DNA from: Candidatus Bathyarchaeota archaeon
Lineage (GTDB): Archaea > Thermoproteota > Bathyarchaeia > Bathyarchaeales > Bathycorpusculaceae
Direction of reading: 5' to 3'
Length of the DNA: 64,000 bases
NCBI GenBank assembly: GCA_963806535.1
Contig: CAWDYC010000005.1
Coordinates: 224,001-288,000 of the forward strand
Part shown: piece by piece, positions 11,216 through 21,081 of the stretch
How the letters are laid out: every line of letters begins with the position of its first letter
Position numbering within the stretch: the stretch's first letter is position 1
The notes under the pieces: generated by a model
Told to the model about the DNA's origin: nothing
Database searches by the model: none
What the model saw: the letters and a program-made list of their open reading frames with translations, nothing else
Program-made: the position numbers and the translations under genes

Positions 11216-11725
11216 TTAAAAGTTCGTTTGAGCTATTAGCCTTGATAATTCCGCGATTTGTTCTCTAAACTTTTCTCTCATTTTGGTGAAACGCATGGCT
11301 GCTGAGGGATGAATTATTTGAACATATTTGATGCCTTCTAGCCGCGGGGTTTCTTTTGCTGATGCACCAAGGAGTACAATTATTTTTGGTTTGATGATGC
11401 TGATTTGGGTGTTCAAGTATGGTAAGCATGCAACTACCTCATCAGGGTATGGTTTTCGATTTTCTGGAGAAACATGCTTTACTATATTAGTGATGAAGAC
11501 ATCTTCACGATTTATGCCGTATTCAGCGAGGGTTTTGGTCAGATATTTTCCTGCTCTTCCAACAAAAGGCCTGCCTGTTTCGTCCTCATCGGCTCCTGGA
11601 TTCTGCCCTATTAGCATAACTTTAGCATTTAATGGTCCTTCTCCGGGTACACCATGCTTTGCTCCTTGCCAGAGCCTGCATTTCTTGCAACTATAAACTT
11701 GGAAATTTATATCTTCAATCGCCAA
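11216..11725 (-). CDS. udg: uracil-DNA glycosylase family 4
   Basis: CxxCxL Fe-S cysteines, GQNPGADED..GRPFVG, HPSA. Confidence 0.9.
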   Translation of the reverse strand: MAIEDINFQVYSCKKCRLWQGAKHGVPGEGPLNAKVMLIGQNPGADEDETGRPFVGRAGKYLTKTLAEYGINREDVFITNIVKHVSPENRKPYPDEVVACLPYLNTQISIIKPKIIVLLGASAKETPRLEGIKYVQIIHPSAAMRFTKMREKFREQIAELSRLIAQTNF

Positions 11726-11860
11726 ACCAATCGCCTTGTTGTTGGGTATTGACAGTCACACAACCTTAAAAAAATGGCTCCGTTATTCTTAATATCAAGT
11801 TCAGGCTCCCTTCTTTAGGAGCCAAATAAAAGAATTCTGAGAAGCTGTGAAGGTTGAAAA

Positions 11861-12163
11861 ATGACAGAGGAAGAGTCCGTATCTGAATCGCTTATCACAA
11901 GTGCTATACGTGTGCTTTCAAAAGTTATTTTTGTTTTTGAACCACTGGCCCCAGCAGCAATAACTGTTGTAGTGAATCAGCAGCTCCACCGATTCAAAGA
12001 ATCAGGTGCGATTGGCAACTACAAAACAAAAACCAAACGCCTCGGGAAATTCCATTACCGCATTCAAATTGATTTAGACTTAACAGGCATACAAGCGATT
12101 CATCTTCTCGGTAACTTATTCCCCAAACAATTAAGCCGATTTAGGAGGTGGTTCCATGACTGA
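11861..12163 (+). CDS. hypothetical protein
   Basis: 100-aa ORF with upstream aggttga, overlapping the next small ORF. Confidence 0.6.
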   Translation: MTEEESVSESLITSAIRVLSKVIFVFEPLAPAAITVVVNQQLHRFKESGAIGNYKTKTKRLGKFHYRIQIDLDLTGIQAIHLLGNLFPKQLSRFRRWFHD

Positions 12164-12308
12164 AATGCCCGAAAAGAAAGGAAAATTGAAAATTACCGTT
12201 GAATTTGAAGTAAACGAGGAACTGATGGCGTTAGCTAAAGAGTCTATGTCCAAGATGTCAATGAAGTTGCCTGAAATGATGAGAGGACACACAGAAAAGA
12301 AAGAATAA
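12156..12308 (+). CDS. 50-aa Met-rich small protein (not in ORF track)
   Basis: Strong SD AGGAGGTG at 12143-12150; MTEMPEKKGKLKITVEFEVNEELMALAKESMSKMSMKLPEMMRGHTEKKE*. Confidence 0.7.
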   Translation: MTEMPEKKGKLKITVEFEVNEELMALAKESMSKMSMKLPEMMRGHTEKKE

Positions 12309-12401
12309 ACAATGACAATCTGAATACCTCTCAAATTTTTCCATTTTTTTAGACTTTTGATGTTTAAGAAACATTTTAAAACATTCTCAACTTTGTATTA
12401 A

Positions 12402-12707
12402 TTGATAATTATGAAATTTTTAATTATACAGAAAGTAAAACGCGAAGTACCAATTGAAAAATGGGCAAAACTGCTTCCTCTACAGTTCAAATATTTTGAT
12501 AATTTGGAAAAGGAAAAAGTGATCGAAGTAAATTACCATTTGATTGGGCACCAAGGCACAATGATTGTAGTTAATGTTGAGTCAGACGAGAAACTCTCAA
12601 AAATAATTGGTCAAGATCCATTGTTTTTTGAATGTGAACGCGAAATCTATCCACTAACAACTCGGCAAACGCATGAGAAACAAATAAGAGAATTGCTAAA
12701 GCCTTAG
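12402..12707 (+). CDS. muconolactone delta-isomerase-like / dimeric alpha-beta barrel protein
   Basis: MKFLII.., IVVNVES.EKL...I..DPL..REIYPL pattern. Confidence 0.55.
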   Translation: MIIMKFLIIQKVKREVPIEKWAKLLPLQFKYFDNLEKEKVIEVNYHLIGHQGTMIVVNVESDEKLSKIIGQDPLFFECEREIYPLTTRQTHEKQIRELLKP

Positions 12708-12725
12708 GCAAAATCGGTTTTCTGT

Positions 12726-13280
12726 ATGACTTGTCACGGTGGGTTTGCCCTCGACGAGGCAACAAGACGCTCATGGTATGATCCAGAGGATATTTTGCAT
12801 GACTTGCGCCCAGGTATGGTGTTTGCTGATGTAGGCTGTGGAGACGGTTTTTTCACAATTTTAGCTGCAAGAAAAGTTGGCGAACACGGCAAAGTTTACG
12901 CTATGGATGTAGATGCATCAGCTATCAGGAAACTTAACTCCAAAGTCGAAGTTGAAGGTTTGAAAAACATTACTGCCAAAGTTGGGATGGGTGAGGAAAC
13001 TGTTTTCTGCAGTAAATGTGTCGATTTTGTTTTTTATAGCATGGTGCTTCATGACTTTGCTGATCCAGTGAAGGTATTGAAAAATGCTAAGCAAATGATG
13101 AAGGCTGATGGGCGGTTGATTGATTTGGATTGGAAGAAAAAAGAAATGACTTTTGGTCCGCCATTTAGAATTCGGTTTAGCGGAGAGCACGCATCAGCTT
13201 TGATTAGACATGCAGGCTTTCAAATTGACAGCATCAAGTCCGCAGGAAAATACCATTATGTTGTAACTGGAAAACTTTAG
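12726..13280 (+). CDS. class I SAM-dependent methyltransferase
   Basis: ADVGCGDG motif I, VYAMD, VLHDF. Confidence 0.9.
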   Translation: MTCHGGFALDEATRRSWYDPEDILHDLRPGMVFADVGCGDGFFTILAARKVGEHGKVYAMDVDASAIRKLNSKVEVEGLKNITAKVGMGEETVFCSKCVDFVFYSMVLHDFADPVKVLKNAKQMMKADGRLIDLDWKKKEMTFGPPFRIRFSGEHASALIRHAGFQIDSIKSAGKYHYVVTGKL

Positions 13281-13298
13281 CCAAAGAAAAGATTATGT

Positions 13299-13898
13299 TT
13301 ACTCTGTGTTGGCATAGAATTCTAGTAAGTCGCGTTTGAATTGTTCAGGCTCATCCTTGTAAGCCGAGTGTCCTGCTCCATTGTACACTAAAAGTTTGGC
13401 ATTAGGTAATTTGTGCGATAAGGTTCGCATTTCTTCCCCCGAAATAACATTATCTTGCGAACCCCAAATTATCTTAACTGGAAAATTAAATTTCACATAA
13501 GACTGCAACAAATCATCTGTCAAAGCTCTACCTGGCGCAATCAAAAGCAACCCCTTAACAGGAAACTTTGCTGCATACATCAATGCAATGTGTCCTCCAA
13601 TACTTGCGCCGACAAGAACTGGCACTGTTGAACCAAACAGGCTCTTAATCGCTTCAGTTGCAAACACAACATTAGTTTCGGGGTTTCGGCTTTTAGGTTG
13701 ACATTTACTTCTTAAACCATACGGCATGTCCAAGGCTAAAAACGGCACATGCTTCTCAATTAACAATTCAGTTACTCCAATATGCTCCCAAATATCTAAG
13801 GTGTAAGACAATCCATGCAGAAAAACAATTGGGGTACCCGGCGCGTCGGAGTACAGAGCCTGACATTTGTGTTCAGCAACAGTTAATGTTTTTTCCAT
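13299..13898 (-). CDS. alpha/beta hydrolase
   Basis: FLHG, GASIGG, WGSQD, AGH catalytic triad motifs. Confidence 0.9.
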   Translation of the reverse strand: MEKTLTVAEHKCQALYSDAPGTPIVFLHGLSYTLDIWEHIGVTELLIEKHVPFLALDMPYGLRSKCQPKSRNPETNVVFATEAIKSLFGSTVPVLVGASIGGHIALMYAAKFPVKGLLLIAPGRALTDDLLQSYVKFNFPVKIIWGSQDNVISGEEMRTLSHKLPNAKLLVYNGAGHSAYKDEPEQFKRDLLEFYANTE

Positions 13899-13997
13899 AG
13901 ATTCTACTTAGTTTTCGTTTCTTATAACATTTGACCGCCCCTCGCCGAGATGCGAAAAGAATAATAGCTGTCAAAAGTTTCTTTCATCGGTGAATTC

Positions 13998-14474
13998 TTG
14001 TCTATTAAAGTTGGCAATAAAGCGCCAGATTTTACGCTTCCTTCACAAATGGGCGACAACGTAACTCTATCTGAATACTTCGGTAAGAAAAATATTGTTT
14101 TGTACTTTTATCCTATGGATGAGTCGCCTGGCTGCACTAAAGAAGCGTGCACATTCAGGGATAGCTACGAGGAATTAACAAGTTTAGACGCTGAAGTTCT
14201 CGGGGTTAGCGCTCAAAGTATAGCTTCGCACAAATCTTTTGCAAGCCATTATGGACTGCCGTTTTTACTTTTAAGCGATGAAGATAACAAAGTTCGCAAA
14301 CTTTACGGCGTACATTCAACAATGGGCATCATTCCAGGGAGAGTCACTTATATCATTGATAAAAAGGGCATCGTCAGGAATGTCTTCTCTTCTCAATCCC
14401 AAGCCCCCCGCCACGTTGAGGAAGCCAAAAAAACACTTCTGGACCTTCAAAAAGAACAGACGCCAACAACGTAG
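13998..14474 (+). CDS. bcp: peroxiredoxin (Bcp/PrxQ)
   Basis: YFYPMDESPGCTKEAC, RVTYIID. Confidence 0.93.
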   Translation: MSIKVGNKAPDFTLPSQMGDNVTLSEYFGKKNIVLYFYPMDESPGCTKEACTFRDSYEELTSLDAEVLGVSAQSIASHKSFASHYGLPFLLLSDEDNKVRKLYGVHSTMGIIPGRVTYIIDKKGIVRNVFSSQSQAPRHVEEAKKTLLDLQKEQTPTT

Positions 14475-14490
14475 ACTGGGGAAAAAAAGA

Positions 14491-15726
14491 TTGCTGAATC
14501 TCTATAACTCGTTAAGCCAAAAAATTGAGCCGTTCCAACCCTCCTTAAACATGCAAGTTAAAATGTACACTTGTGGCCCATCGACTTATCTGCAACCTCA
14601 CATTGGCAATTACCGAACCTTTCTGTTTGAAGACATACTCCAGCGTTATATGGAGTACTTGGGGTACAAAGTAACAAGGCTCATCACTTTAACTGATGTA
14701 GAAGACAAAGCAATAGCTCAAGCAAAAAAAGAAAACATAACGATTGAGCAATTAACTGCAAATAACGAAGCATTCTTTTTCAAAGACTTCAAGCTTCTGA
14801 GAATCAAAACACCAGATTATTCTATAAGGGCTTCTTCATCCGTAGATCAAGCAGCAAAATTAATCAGTCAACTTTTAGAGAAAGATTACGCTTACCGATA
14901 CCAGTACGAAGGAGCGGAAAACGTCTATTTCGACCCATTAAAATTCAATGGATTCGGAAAACTTTCGCATTTGGATATGACTAAATGGCCTAAAAAGAAA
15001 AGGCGCTTTCATAAAGATACTTACCCTGGAACACCTTGGAACAAGGGCGATTTTATTATCTGGGATGGTTGCAAGCAAGGAAATGTTTGCTACGAAACGT
15101 CGATAGGTAGTGGCCGGCCAGCTTGGAATATTCAAGATGCAGCAATCGTAACTAAGCATTTGGGCTTCTCAATTGATGTCGCTTGTGGCGGAATTGACAA
15201 TCTGGTTAGGCATCATGATTATGTCCTTGCGATTGTTGAAGCCGTTTCAGAAAAACAGTTCTCAAAGTATTGGCTTCACGGTGGGCATCTTTTTGTTAAT
15301 GGAAAAAAAATGTCCAAAAGCACAGGTAACGTCTATTACCCCAATGATCTTATAGTCAAAGGATTTAGTGGAGAACATTTGCGTTTCTTTCTAATTTATG
15401 GACCTTACAGGGAAAAACTAAACTTTACTATGGAAAAACTGGCTGAAACAAGTCGAAAGCTCGATTCTTTAAAAAACATGATCAAAGATTTGCAAGAGCA
15501 AGAATCGCATCGTTCTCACCCAAAAATGGATGTACTTATAAGCAGAATTGTTTCAGACTTTGAACACGCAATGAACAATAATTTATCCGTAAAATCAGCT
15601 TTCGACAAACTATACGAAACTATCTTTGACTTACATAAAAACCTTGAATCCTTAAGCAAAGCAGATGTAAAAAACATAATGGATGGTTTACACAATATTG
15701 ATTCTGTGCTTCAATGTATTTTTTAG
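14491..15726 (+). CDS. divergent cysteinyl-tRNA synthetase-like class I ligase
   Basis: MYTCGPS, HIGN, TDVEDK, KMSKS; Zn-site residues altered and C-terminal anticodon domain absent; likely TTG start at 14491. Confidence 0.85.
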   Translation: MLNLYNSLSQKIEPFQPSLNMQVKMYTCGPSTYLQPHIGNYRTFLFEDILQRYMEYLGYKVTRLITLTDVEDKAIAQAKKENITIEQLTANNEAFFFKDFKLLRIKTPDYSIRASSSVDQAAKLISQLLEKDYAYRYQYEGAENVYFDPLKFNGFGKLSHLDMTKWPKKKRRFHKDTYPGTPWNKGDFIIWDGCKQGNVCYETSIGSGRPAWNIQDAAIVTKHLGFSIDVACGGIDNLVRHHDYVLAIVEAVSEKQFSKYWLHGGHLFVNGKKMSKSTGNVYYPNDLIVKGFSGEHLRFFLIYGPYREKLNFTMEKLAETSRKLDSLKNMIKDLQEQESHRSHPKMDVLISRIVSDFEHAMNNNLSVKSAFDKLYETIFDLHKNLESLSKADVKNIMDGLHNIDSVLQCIF

Positions 15727-15738
15727 GCGCTCATTTGC

Positions 15739-15975
15739 TTAAACTAAGTCGCCTACAAATTTTACTTTCTCAAGATTTTCTTCTCTATGAGGCGCCATCT
15801 CTAACTCTTCAGTTAAATCTTTCCCAGCCTCATGCATACCCAAATGGTCTCCATCAAGCCAAAAACTACTTTCGGAAACATCATAAACTTTGCCTTTATA
15901 GGCTAAGTAGGCTGGTTTACCATTTTTTCCGTTATTTGCTTTAAGTTCTTGCATAGTTATTTTTCTTTCAGTCAA
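15739..15975 (-). CDS. cytochrome b5-like heme/steroid-binding domain protein
   Basis: AYKGKVYDVS, HxAGKDLT, APH. Confidence 0.9.
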   Translation of the reverse strand: MTERKITMQELKANNGKNGKPAYLAYKGKVYDVSESSFWLDGDHLGMHEAGKDLTEELEMAPHREENLEKVKFVGDLV

Positions 15976-16065
15976 AAAAATCCTTCCGTTAGTTAAACTT
16001 AGAGACCTGTGTTTTAAATAATTTACGCCTTCGAAGAATAAGTTCGGGGTATTTGATTTTAAGTC

Positions 16066-16383
16066 TTAAAAGTGGGTAACGGCACCTGTTTTATGAACTA
16101 TAGCATTAAAAATTAGATTTAAAGTGTTGAAGTTCGATTGGTTTGAATTGTTCTGGCCGAAGTTTACATGAAAGAATACAAGAAAAATTATAGCGCCGAT
16201 AATTACCGCAGAGATTACAACAGCAGCTATGACGATGCCGACTAAAAAAAGCGGGTCATTTCTAGCAGGTTTCATTGTTGCCGCAGGAACTGGAGGCACA
16301 GAAGTGACAACCGGAGTTCCGCATTTATGGCAGAACCGCGCGTTTTCTTCAAGTTTAGTTCCACAACTTCGACAGTAAGGCAA
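16066..16383 (-). CDS. zinc-ribbon domain membrane protein
   Basis: YCRSCG...FCHKCG plus one TM helix. Confidence 0.8.
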   Translation of the reverse strand: MPYCRSCGTKLEENARFCHKCGTPVVTSVPPVPAATMKPARNDPLFLVGIVIAAVVISAVIIGAIIFLVFFHVNFGQNNSNQSNFNTLNLIFNAIVHKTGAVTHF

Positions 16384-16442
16384 CTCTAAAACCTCAAGGT
16401 ATGGATATTGCGATTAACAAAATTTAAGCCTTCCCAAAAAAT

Positions 16443-17060
16443 TTACTCATTCCATTCAGGTTCAGGACGTTTGAAATCCCTATTTACACCAATCAAATAT
16501 CCAAGGATCCCACCTATCGCCGGAGCAACAACAAGTAATGCAAAAGCAAAATACAATCCATCTCCAAAAAAGAATCCGGGAGAATTAAAGAAGAGTCTGG
16601 AAAAAATTGTGAAAAATGCGCTGAGGAAGAAAAAAGCAGAGAATCCCCCAGCAGCTCCAGCAAGAGTATACGTAATTTTGCGGTTTTGGTAGGCTTGTTT
16701 GCTGTGAAATTTTTCATCAATTTTTTCTTTGTAATCTGCGGCTTTTATTTCGGGGTAAGCTATCATTTCGGTTACTGCGTCAAGTCCCCTTTCGGTAAGT
16801 ACGTATTGTTCGCCTGTCTTTTTTTCGACTCCTTGCTCATTTAACAAATATTCGTCTTCTGTTTTTGAAACTAAATCGCCCAGAACCTTCAATTGGTTGA
16901 GAACTAGCTGCTGGTCATCGACTTTGAGCTCTTTCATCAAAGTGTCAAGGCTCAAGCCATTGTGCTCCCCAAGTTTTAGCAATATTTTTTGTCGGAAAGG
17001 ATCGCTTAAGAGTTTATTCAACTCAGCAAGCTTGTCATCGCTCATGCTAACTTGATACAT
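16443..17060 (-). CDS. winged-HTH protein with two C-terminal TM helices
   Basis: LSDPFRQKILLKL...YVLTERG ArsR-like wHTH, then two hydrophobic helices. Confidence 0.7.
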   Translation of the reverse strand: MYQVSMSDDKLAELNKLLSDPFRQKILLKLGEHNGLSLDTLMKELKVDDQQLVLNQLKVLGDLVSKTEDEYLLNEQGVEKKTGEQYVLTERGLDAVTEMIAYPEIKAADYKEKIDEKFHSKQAYQNRKITYTLAGAAGGFSAFFFLSAFFTIFSRLFFNSPGFFFGDGLYFAFALLVVAPAIGGILGYLIGVNRDFKRPEPEWNE

Positions 17061-17154
17061 ATCACTTAAGATTTTAGCTTTTCCCGAAGGTAATGCGTAT
17101 GCTAAAAACGAGCCTTAGCAATTTTAAATAAGGACGAAACAGAACGGTTTGTAG

Positions 17155-18864
17155 ATGATTCCTTTGCCTGAAAAAGTTTTAGTCACATCCGCTTGGCCAT
17201 ACATTAACGTCACACCGCACCTTGGCAACCTTGTCGGCTCTGTCCTATCTGCCGATGTCACAGCAAGATATTACAGGCTAAAAGGCGACGAGACATTGAT
17301 GGTTAGCGGTTCAGACACGCATGGTACACCCATCGAGGTGGAAGCGATTAAGCAAGGTATTTCGCCTAAAGAATTAACGGATCGCAACCATGCCAGAGTA
17401 GCTGAGCTTTTTCGCCGATGGGGCGCTTCCTTTGATAATTACACAAGCACCGAAAGTCCCATTCACAAAGAGTTTGTACAAAAAACCCTGTTGGAAATCG
17501 AGAAGAACGGCTACATTTTCGACAAGGAAACCCAGATGCTCTACTGCGAGCATGACCAACGCTTCTTACCAGACCGTTTTGTAGAGGGTAAATGTCCATA
17601 TTGTGGTTGCGAAAAAGCGCGCGGCGATCAATGCGACCTGTGCGGCAGGCTACTTGAACCAACAGCGCTGGTTGAGCCATACTGCGTAATATGCAAAAAT
17701 AAGCCCACAATTAAAACTACCCGACATTGGTACATTGACCTCTCAAAACTATCAGAACCGTTAACAGAATACCTAAAAAATAACCAGCAGTTACCGGTCA
17801 ACGTCAAAAACTTCAGCCTGAACTGGATTAAAGAAGGCTTAAAACCACGAGCAGTCACCCGTGACGTTGAATGGGGAATTCCTGCACCTTTCAAAGGGGC
17901 AGAGGGCAAAACCATCTACGTTTGGGTTGACGCCGTCTTAGGTTACATTTCAGCAACGATAGAGCAATCGGAACGAATGGGGCAACCCGAGTTGTGGCGT
18001 GAATTCTGGTTTAACAAGCAAGCCAAAACTCTATATTTCGTGGGCAAAGACAACATTCCCTTTCACACAATAATTCTCCCAGCGTTGCTGTTGGCTTCAA
18101 GGCAAGGCTATAATTTGCCGTGGAATGTTTCAGCAACCGAATTTCTACAGTTTAAAGGGCAAAAAGCTTCCAAAAGTCAACGTGTCGGCATCTGGATAGA
18201 CGAAGCATTAGAAATGTTCCCCGTTGATTACTGGCGCTTTTTCCTAATAGCTACAAGACCGGAAAGCAAAGACACCAACTTCACATGGAGTGCCTTCATA
18301 GATAAAATAAACGCTGACCTCAACGACACCTTCGGCAATTTCATCCACCGCACTCTGTCATTCATAAACAGCAAATTTGATGGACAAATTCCAGCACCAA
18401 CCAAACTTGAAAAAGACGATGAGGCAATACTGCAAGCGGTGAAAGAAAAGGTTAACCAAGCTGCTAAAGAAATCGAAGATTCATGGCTGCAATCCGCCGC
18501 CAACACACTTATCGGTATAAGCCGAATCGGCAACCAATACCTCAATGACAAAGAGCCATGGAACCTAATGAAAACCGACAAAGAAAAAGCTGGAACCATC
18601 TTCTACGTTACAGCGCAAGTTGTGAAAGCCATCGCGGTTGTATCAGCACCTTTTATCCCAGACACTGCTGAGCAGCTTTGGCAAACACTCAGCCTCCAGG
18701 GAAGTGCAGCTAAAACTAATTGGAACGAAGCCTTAGTTCCTCTTGAAGCTGGACATAAAATAGCCAATCCAAAACCACTATTTCACAAAATTGACTCTGA
18801 CGAAGCAAAACTGGAAGACCAGTTAGCTCAAATTAGGGCTAAACTTGGAAGCCAGCCGAAATAG
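17155..18864 (+). CDS. metG: methionyl-tRNA synthetase
   Basis: TSAWPYIN, HLGN, Zn knuckles, GKDNIPFH, KASKS. Confidence 0.97.
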   Translation: MIPLPEKVLVTSAWPYINVTPHLGNLVGSVLSADVTARYYRLKGDETLMVSGSDTHGTPIEVEAIKQGISPKELTDRNHARVAELFRRWGASFDNYTSTESPIHKEFVQKTLLEIEKNGYIFDKETQMLYCEHDQRFLPDRFVEGKCPYCGCEKARGDQCDLCGRLLEPTALVEPYCVICKNKPTIKTTRHWYIDLSKLSEPLTEYLKNNQQLPVNVKNFSLNWIKEGLKPRAVTRDVEWGIPAPFKGAEGKTIYVWVDAVLGYISATIEQSERMGQPELWREFWFNKQAKTLYFVGKDNIPFHTIILPALLLASRQGYNLPWNVSATEFLQFKGQKASKSQRVGIWIDEALEMFPVDYWRFFLIATRPESKDTNFTWSAFIDKINADLNDTFGNFIHRTLSFINSKFDGQIPAPTKLEKDDEAILQAVKEKVNQAAKEIEDSWLQSAANTLIGISRIGNQYLNDKEPWNLMKTDKEKAGTIFYVTAQVVKAIAVVSAPFIPDTAEQLWQTLSLQGSAAKTNWNEALVPLEAGHKIANPKPLFHKIDSDEAKLEDQLAQIRAKLGSQPK

Positions 18865-18879
18865 AAAAGGGGTCGATTA

Positions 18880-19530
18880 ATGCGAATTATCGCTGATCTT
18901 CACGTACACACAACGTACTCAAAAGATTCTTTGATTACGCCAAAAGACCTTGTTTACTATGCCAAAAAACGAGGTTTGAATGCAGTAGCTGTCACAGACC
19001 ATAATCAGTTAGATGGCGCCTACAAAATAGCTAAAGAAACAGATTTCTTGATTATTCCAGGCATGGAAATCTCCAGCGCTGACGGACATATCGTTGCACT
19101 CAACGTTCATGAACTCATCCCACGAGGCTTAAGCGCTCCCGAAACAGTCAAGCGAATTCATAAAGCAGGCGGAGTGGCAATTGCCTGTCACCCCTACGTA
19201 TACTTCAAAGGATGCCTAAAAGAAAACGTCTGCAGCACCTTTGACGCTGTGGAAGTTATAAATTCTCGAGCTTTCCCCTTCAAACGTAGCGTAAAGAAAG
19301 CGGAGGAAACTGCTAAGAAGCTTGGGCTTGTGCGGGTGGCGGGCACTGACTCGCATTATGGTCCACAAATAGGTTATGCTTACACAATTATTGAGGCACC
19401 AGAGCCAAGTGTTGAAGCTATCGCCAAAGCCATAGTTGAGGGCAATTGCCAGCCTTTCGGAAAAGCTGTGCCCGTTACTTTAAATGTTCTGCTAGAGATC
19501 CATAGAGTCATAAGGATGATTAAAAAGTAG
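18880..19530 (+). CDS. PHP-domain metal-dependent phosphoesterase
   Basis: DLHVHT, VTDHN, CHP, GTDSH. Confidence 0.9.
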   Translation: MRIIADLHVHTTYSKDSLITPKDLVYYAKKRGLNAVAVTDHNQLDGAYKIAKETDFLIIPGMEISSADGHIVALNVHELIPRGLSAPETVKRIHKAGGVAIACHPYVYFKGCLKENVCSTFDAVEVINSRAFPFKRSVKKAEETAKKLGLVRVAGTDSHYGPQIGYAYTIIEAPEPSVEAIAKAIVEGNCQPFGKAVPVTLNVLLEIHRVIRMIKK

Positions 19531-19550
19531 GCTATAAATAAAAAGCGTAA

Positions 19551-21032
19551 TTATGGCTTTGTCGTTTTGAACCTTATGTTTTGCAGTTGGCATATTTTCT
19601 TAATTGTGTTTCGACCTTGTGCAGCGCATCCTGGTAATCCAGCTGCGCCCCCAACGAGGTAGAAACTCTTGAGCCCAGGCAAATTTTTTGGTTGTGACCT
19701 TATGAAAGATAAAGTTCCAAACAACCCCCAATTCACCTCAAATTGTGGTCCTACTCCAGTATATCGTTCTGTAGTCATGGGAGTTGCGACATCTGTTACT
19801 TCTACTTGCTCCTGTATTCCTGGAAAACGCTTTTCCAATGCTTTCAAAACTGTTGCCGCTATCTTTTGCTTTTCCGCTGCGTAGCGCTCGGGGTTTGTGT
19901 GCAGTTCCTTCCAATAGTTGTAGCTGGTCTTGATGAGTACTTTGAGGACTGACTTGCCAGCAGGTGCGAGGGTCTGGTCGTAGCCGAAGAGTTCTAAATC
20001 CAATTTTGTGCGCTGTTCATTAGCTATGTTTATTGGTTCTTTCAAGAAAAGTACTAGCGCCCTTGGTTCCCTTGACAAGTCTCTTGATAATCCAAAAGAT
20101 ACGTGAACGCCCATTTCAATTTCATCCTTCGGCTTGGCGTATTGAGCCTTAATCTTATCGTCAAGATATTTTCCTTCAGTTAGATTGAAAACTGTGGAGT
20201 AGCCAAAGGCATCGGAAATTATGACATCAGCGCGGTGTTCATTGCCGTTTGTGAGTTTCACACCGACTGCTTGGTTATTTTCAACAAGAATCTTCTCCAC
20301 TTGAGAGGTGTAATTTACAACTCCGTTTAGCCTACGGTACCGTTGCTCAATCGCGCGTGAAAACTCCAGCGAGCCTCCTTCAGGTGAGCCATAGTTGTGG
20401 GAATAGCAGTTGCCTATCATGTTAAGGTGAACAAAAAATGGGGTGTCTACCCAATCATATTGAATGGTAGGAAATGTTTTTCGCATGTAAGGATTCTTAA
20501 ACTTCAATGCAAACTTTGCCATCGGTATTTGCCACTTCATTAGTCCCATCATTTTTAAGAATCGTTTGGCAAAGCCAGTGCTTGTTAAAAGTGGCGTGTC
20601 AAGAAAATCCATGTTCACGAATGTTTTGCAGGATTTAATATAATTGTTGATTGTATCTTTGTCTTCGGGTGCAAGTTCCAGCATGTGCTGTTGTAACCGC
20701 TCAAGGTCGATGTATACCATGAATCGTTTGCCAGCTTCATCTTCTACCTGACACATATCTTCTGGAAAAATTATTTTGCGAGTTGGCAAAGCCCCAAGTT
20801 CTTCCCACATATTATAAAGTAATGCTCCCGGTTTGCAGCCTGCCAAGTGGTGGATGCAACCGTCGAAGGTGAATCCCTCTCTTTTCCACGCTGTGCATTG
20901 TCCGCCCGGGAGATTGTGCATTTCAAAAATTTGAGTATCCAAACCATTCATTTGGGCATAACAGCCCGCTGATAATCCTCCGATTCCAGCACCAATAATA
21001 ATCGCGCTTTTGCTAGACAAGAAATACCACAA
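19551..21032 (-). CDS. phytoene dehydrogenase-like FAD oxidoreductase
   Basis: IIGAGIGGL, PGG..T.W..EGF.FD, DVATP.T..RY. Confidence 0.85.
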   Translation of the reverse strand: MWYFLSSKSAIIIGAGIGGLSAGCYAQMNGLDTQIFEMHNLPGGQCTAWKREGFTFDGCIHHLAGCKPGALLYNMWEELGALPTRKIIFPEDMCQVEDEAGKRFMVYIDLERLQQHMLELAPEDKDTINNYIKSCKTFVNMDFLDTPLLTSTGFAKRFLKMMGLMKWQIPMAKFALKFKNPYMRKTFPTIQYDWVDTPFFVHLNMIGNCYSHNYGSPEGGSLEFSRAIEQRYRRLNGVVNYTSQVEKILVENNQAVGVKLTNGNEHRADVIISDAFGYSTVFNLTEGKYLDDKIKAQYAKPKDEIEMGVHVSFGLSRDLSREPRALVLFLKEPINIANEQRTKLDLELFGYDQTLAPAGKSVLKVLIKTSYNYWKELHTNPERYAAEKQKIAATVLKALEKRFPGIQEQVEVTDVATPMTTERYTGVGPQFEVNWGLFGTLSFIRSQPKNLPGLKSFYLVGGAAGLPGCAAQGRNTIKKICQLQNIRFKTTKP

Positions 21033-21081
21033 TACGTCTATCGAAAACTTATCAAGTTAACTTTTTCGGTCTCTTTCTGAA

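Noticed and set aside
14278-14490. N-terminal extension of the CysRS-like ORF overlapping bcp
   Set aside because: Homology begins at L.LYNSLS; the TTG at 14491 is the plausible start
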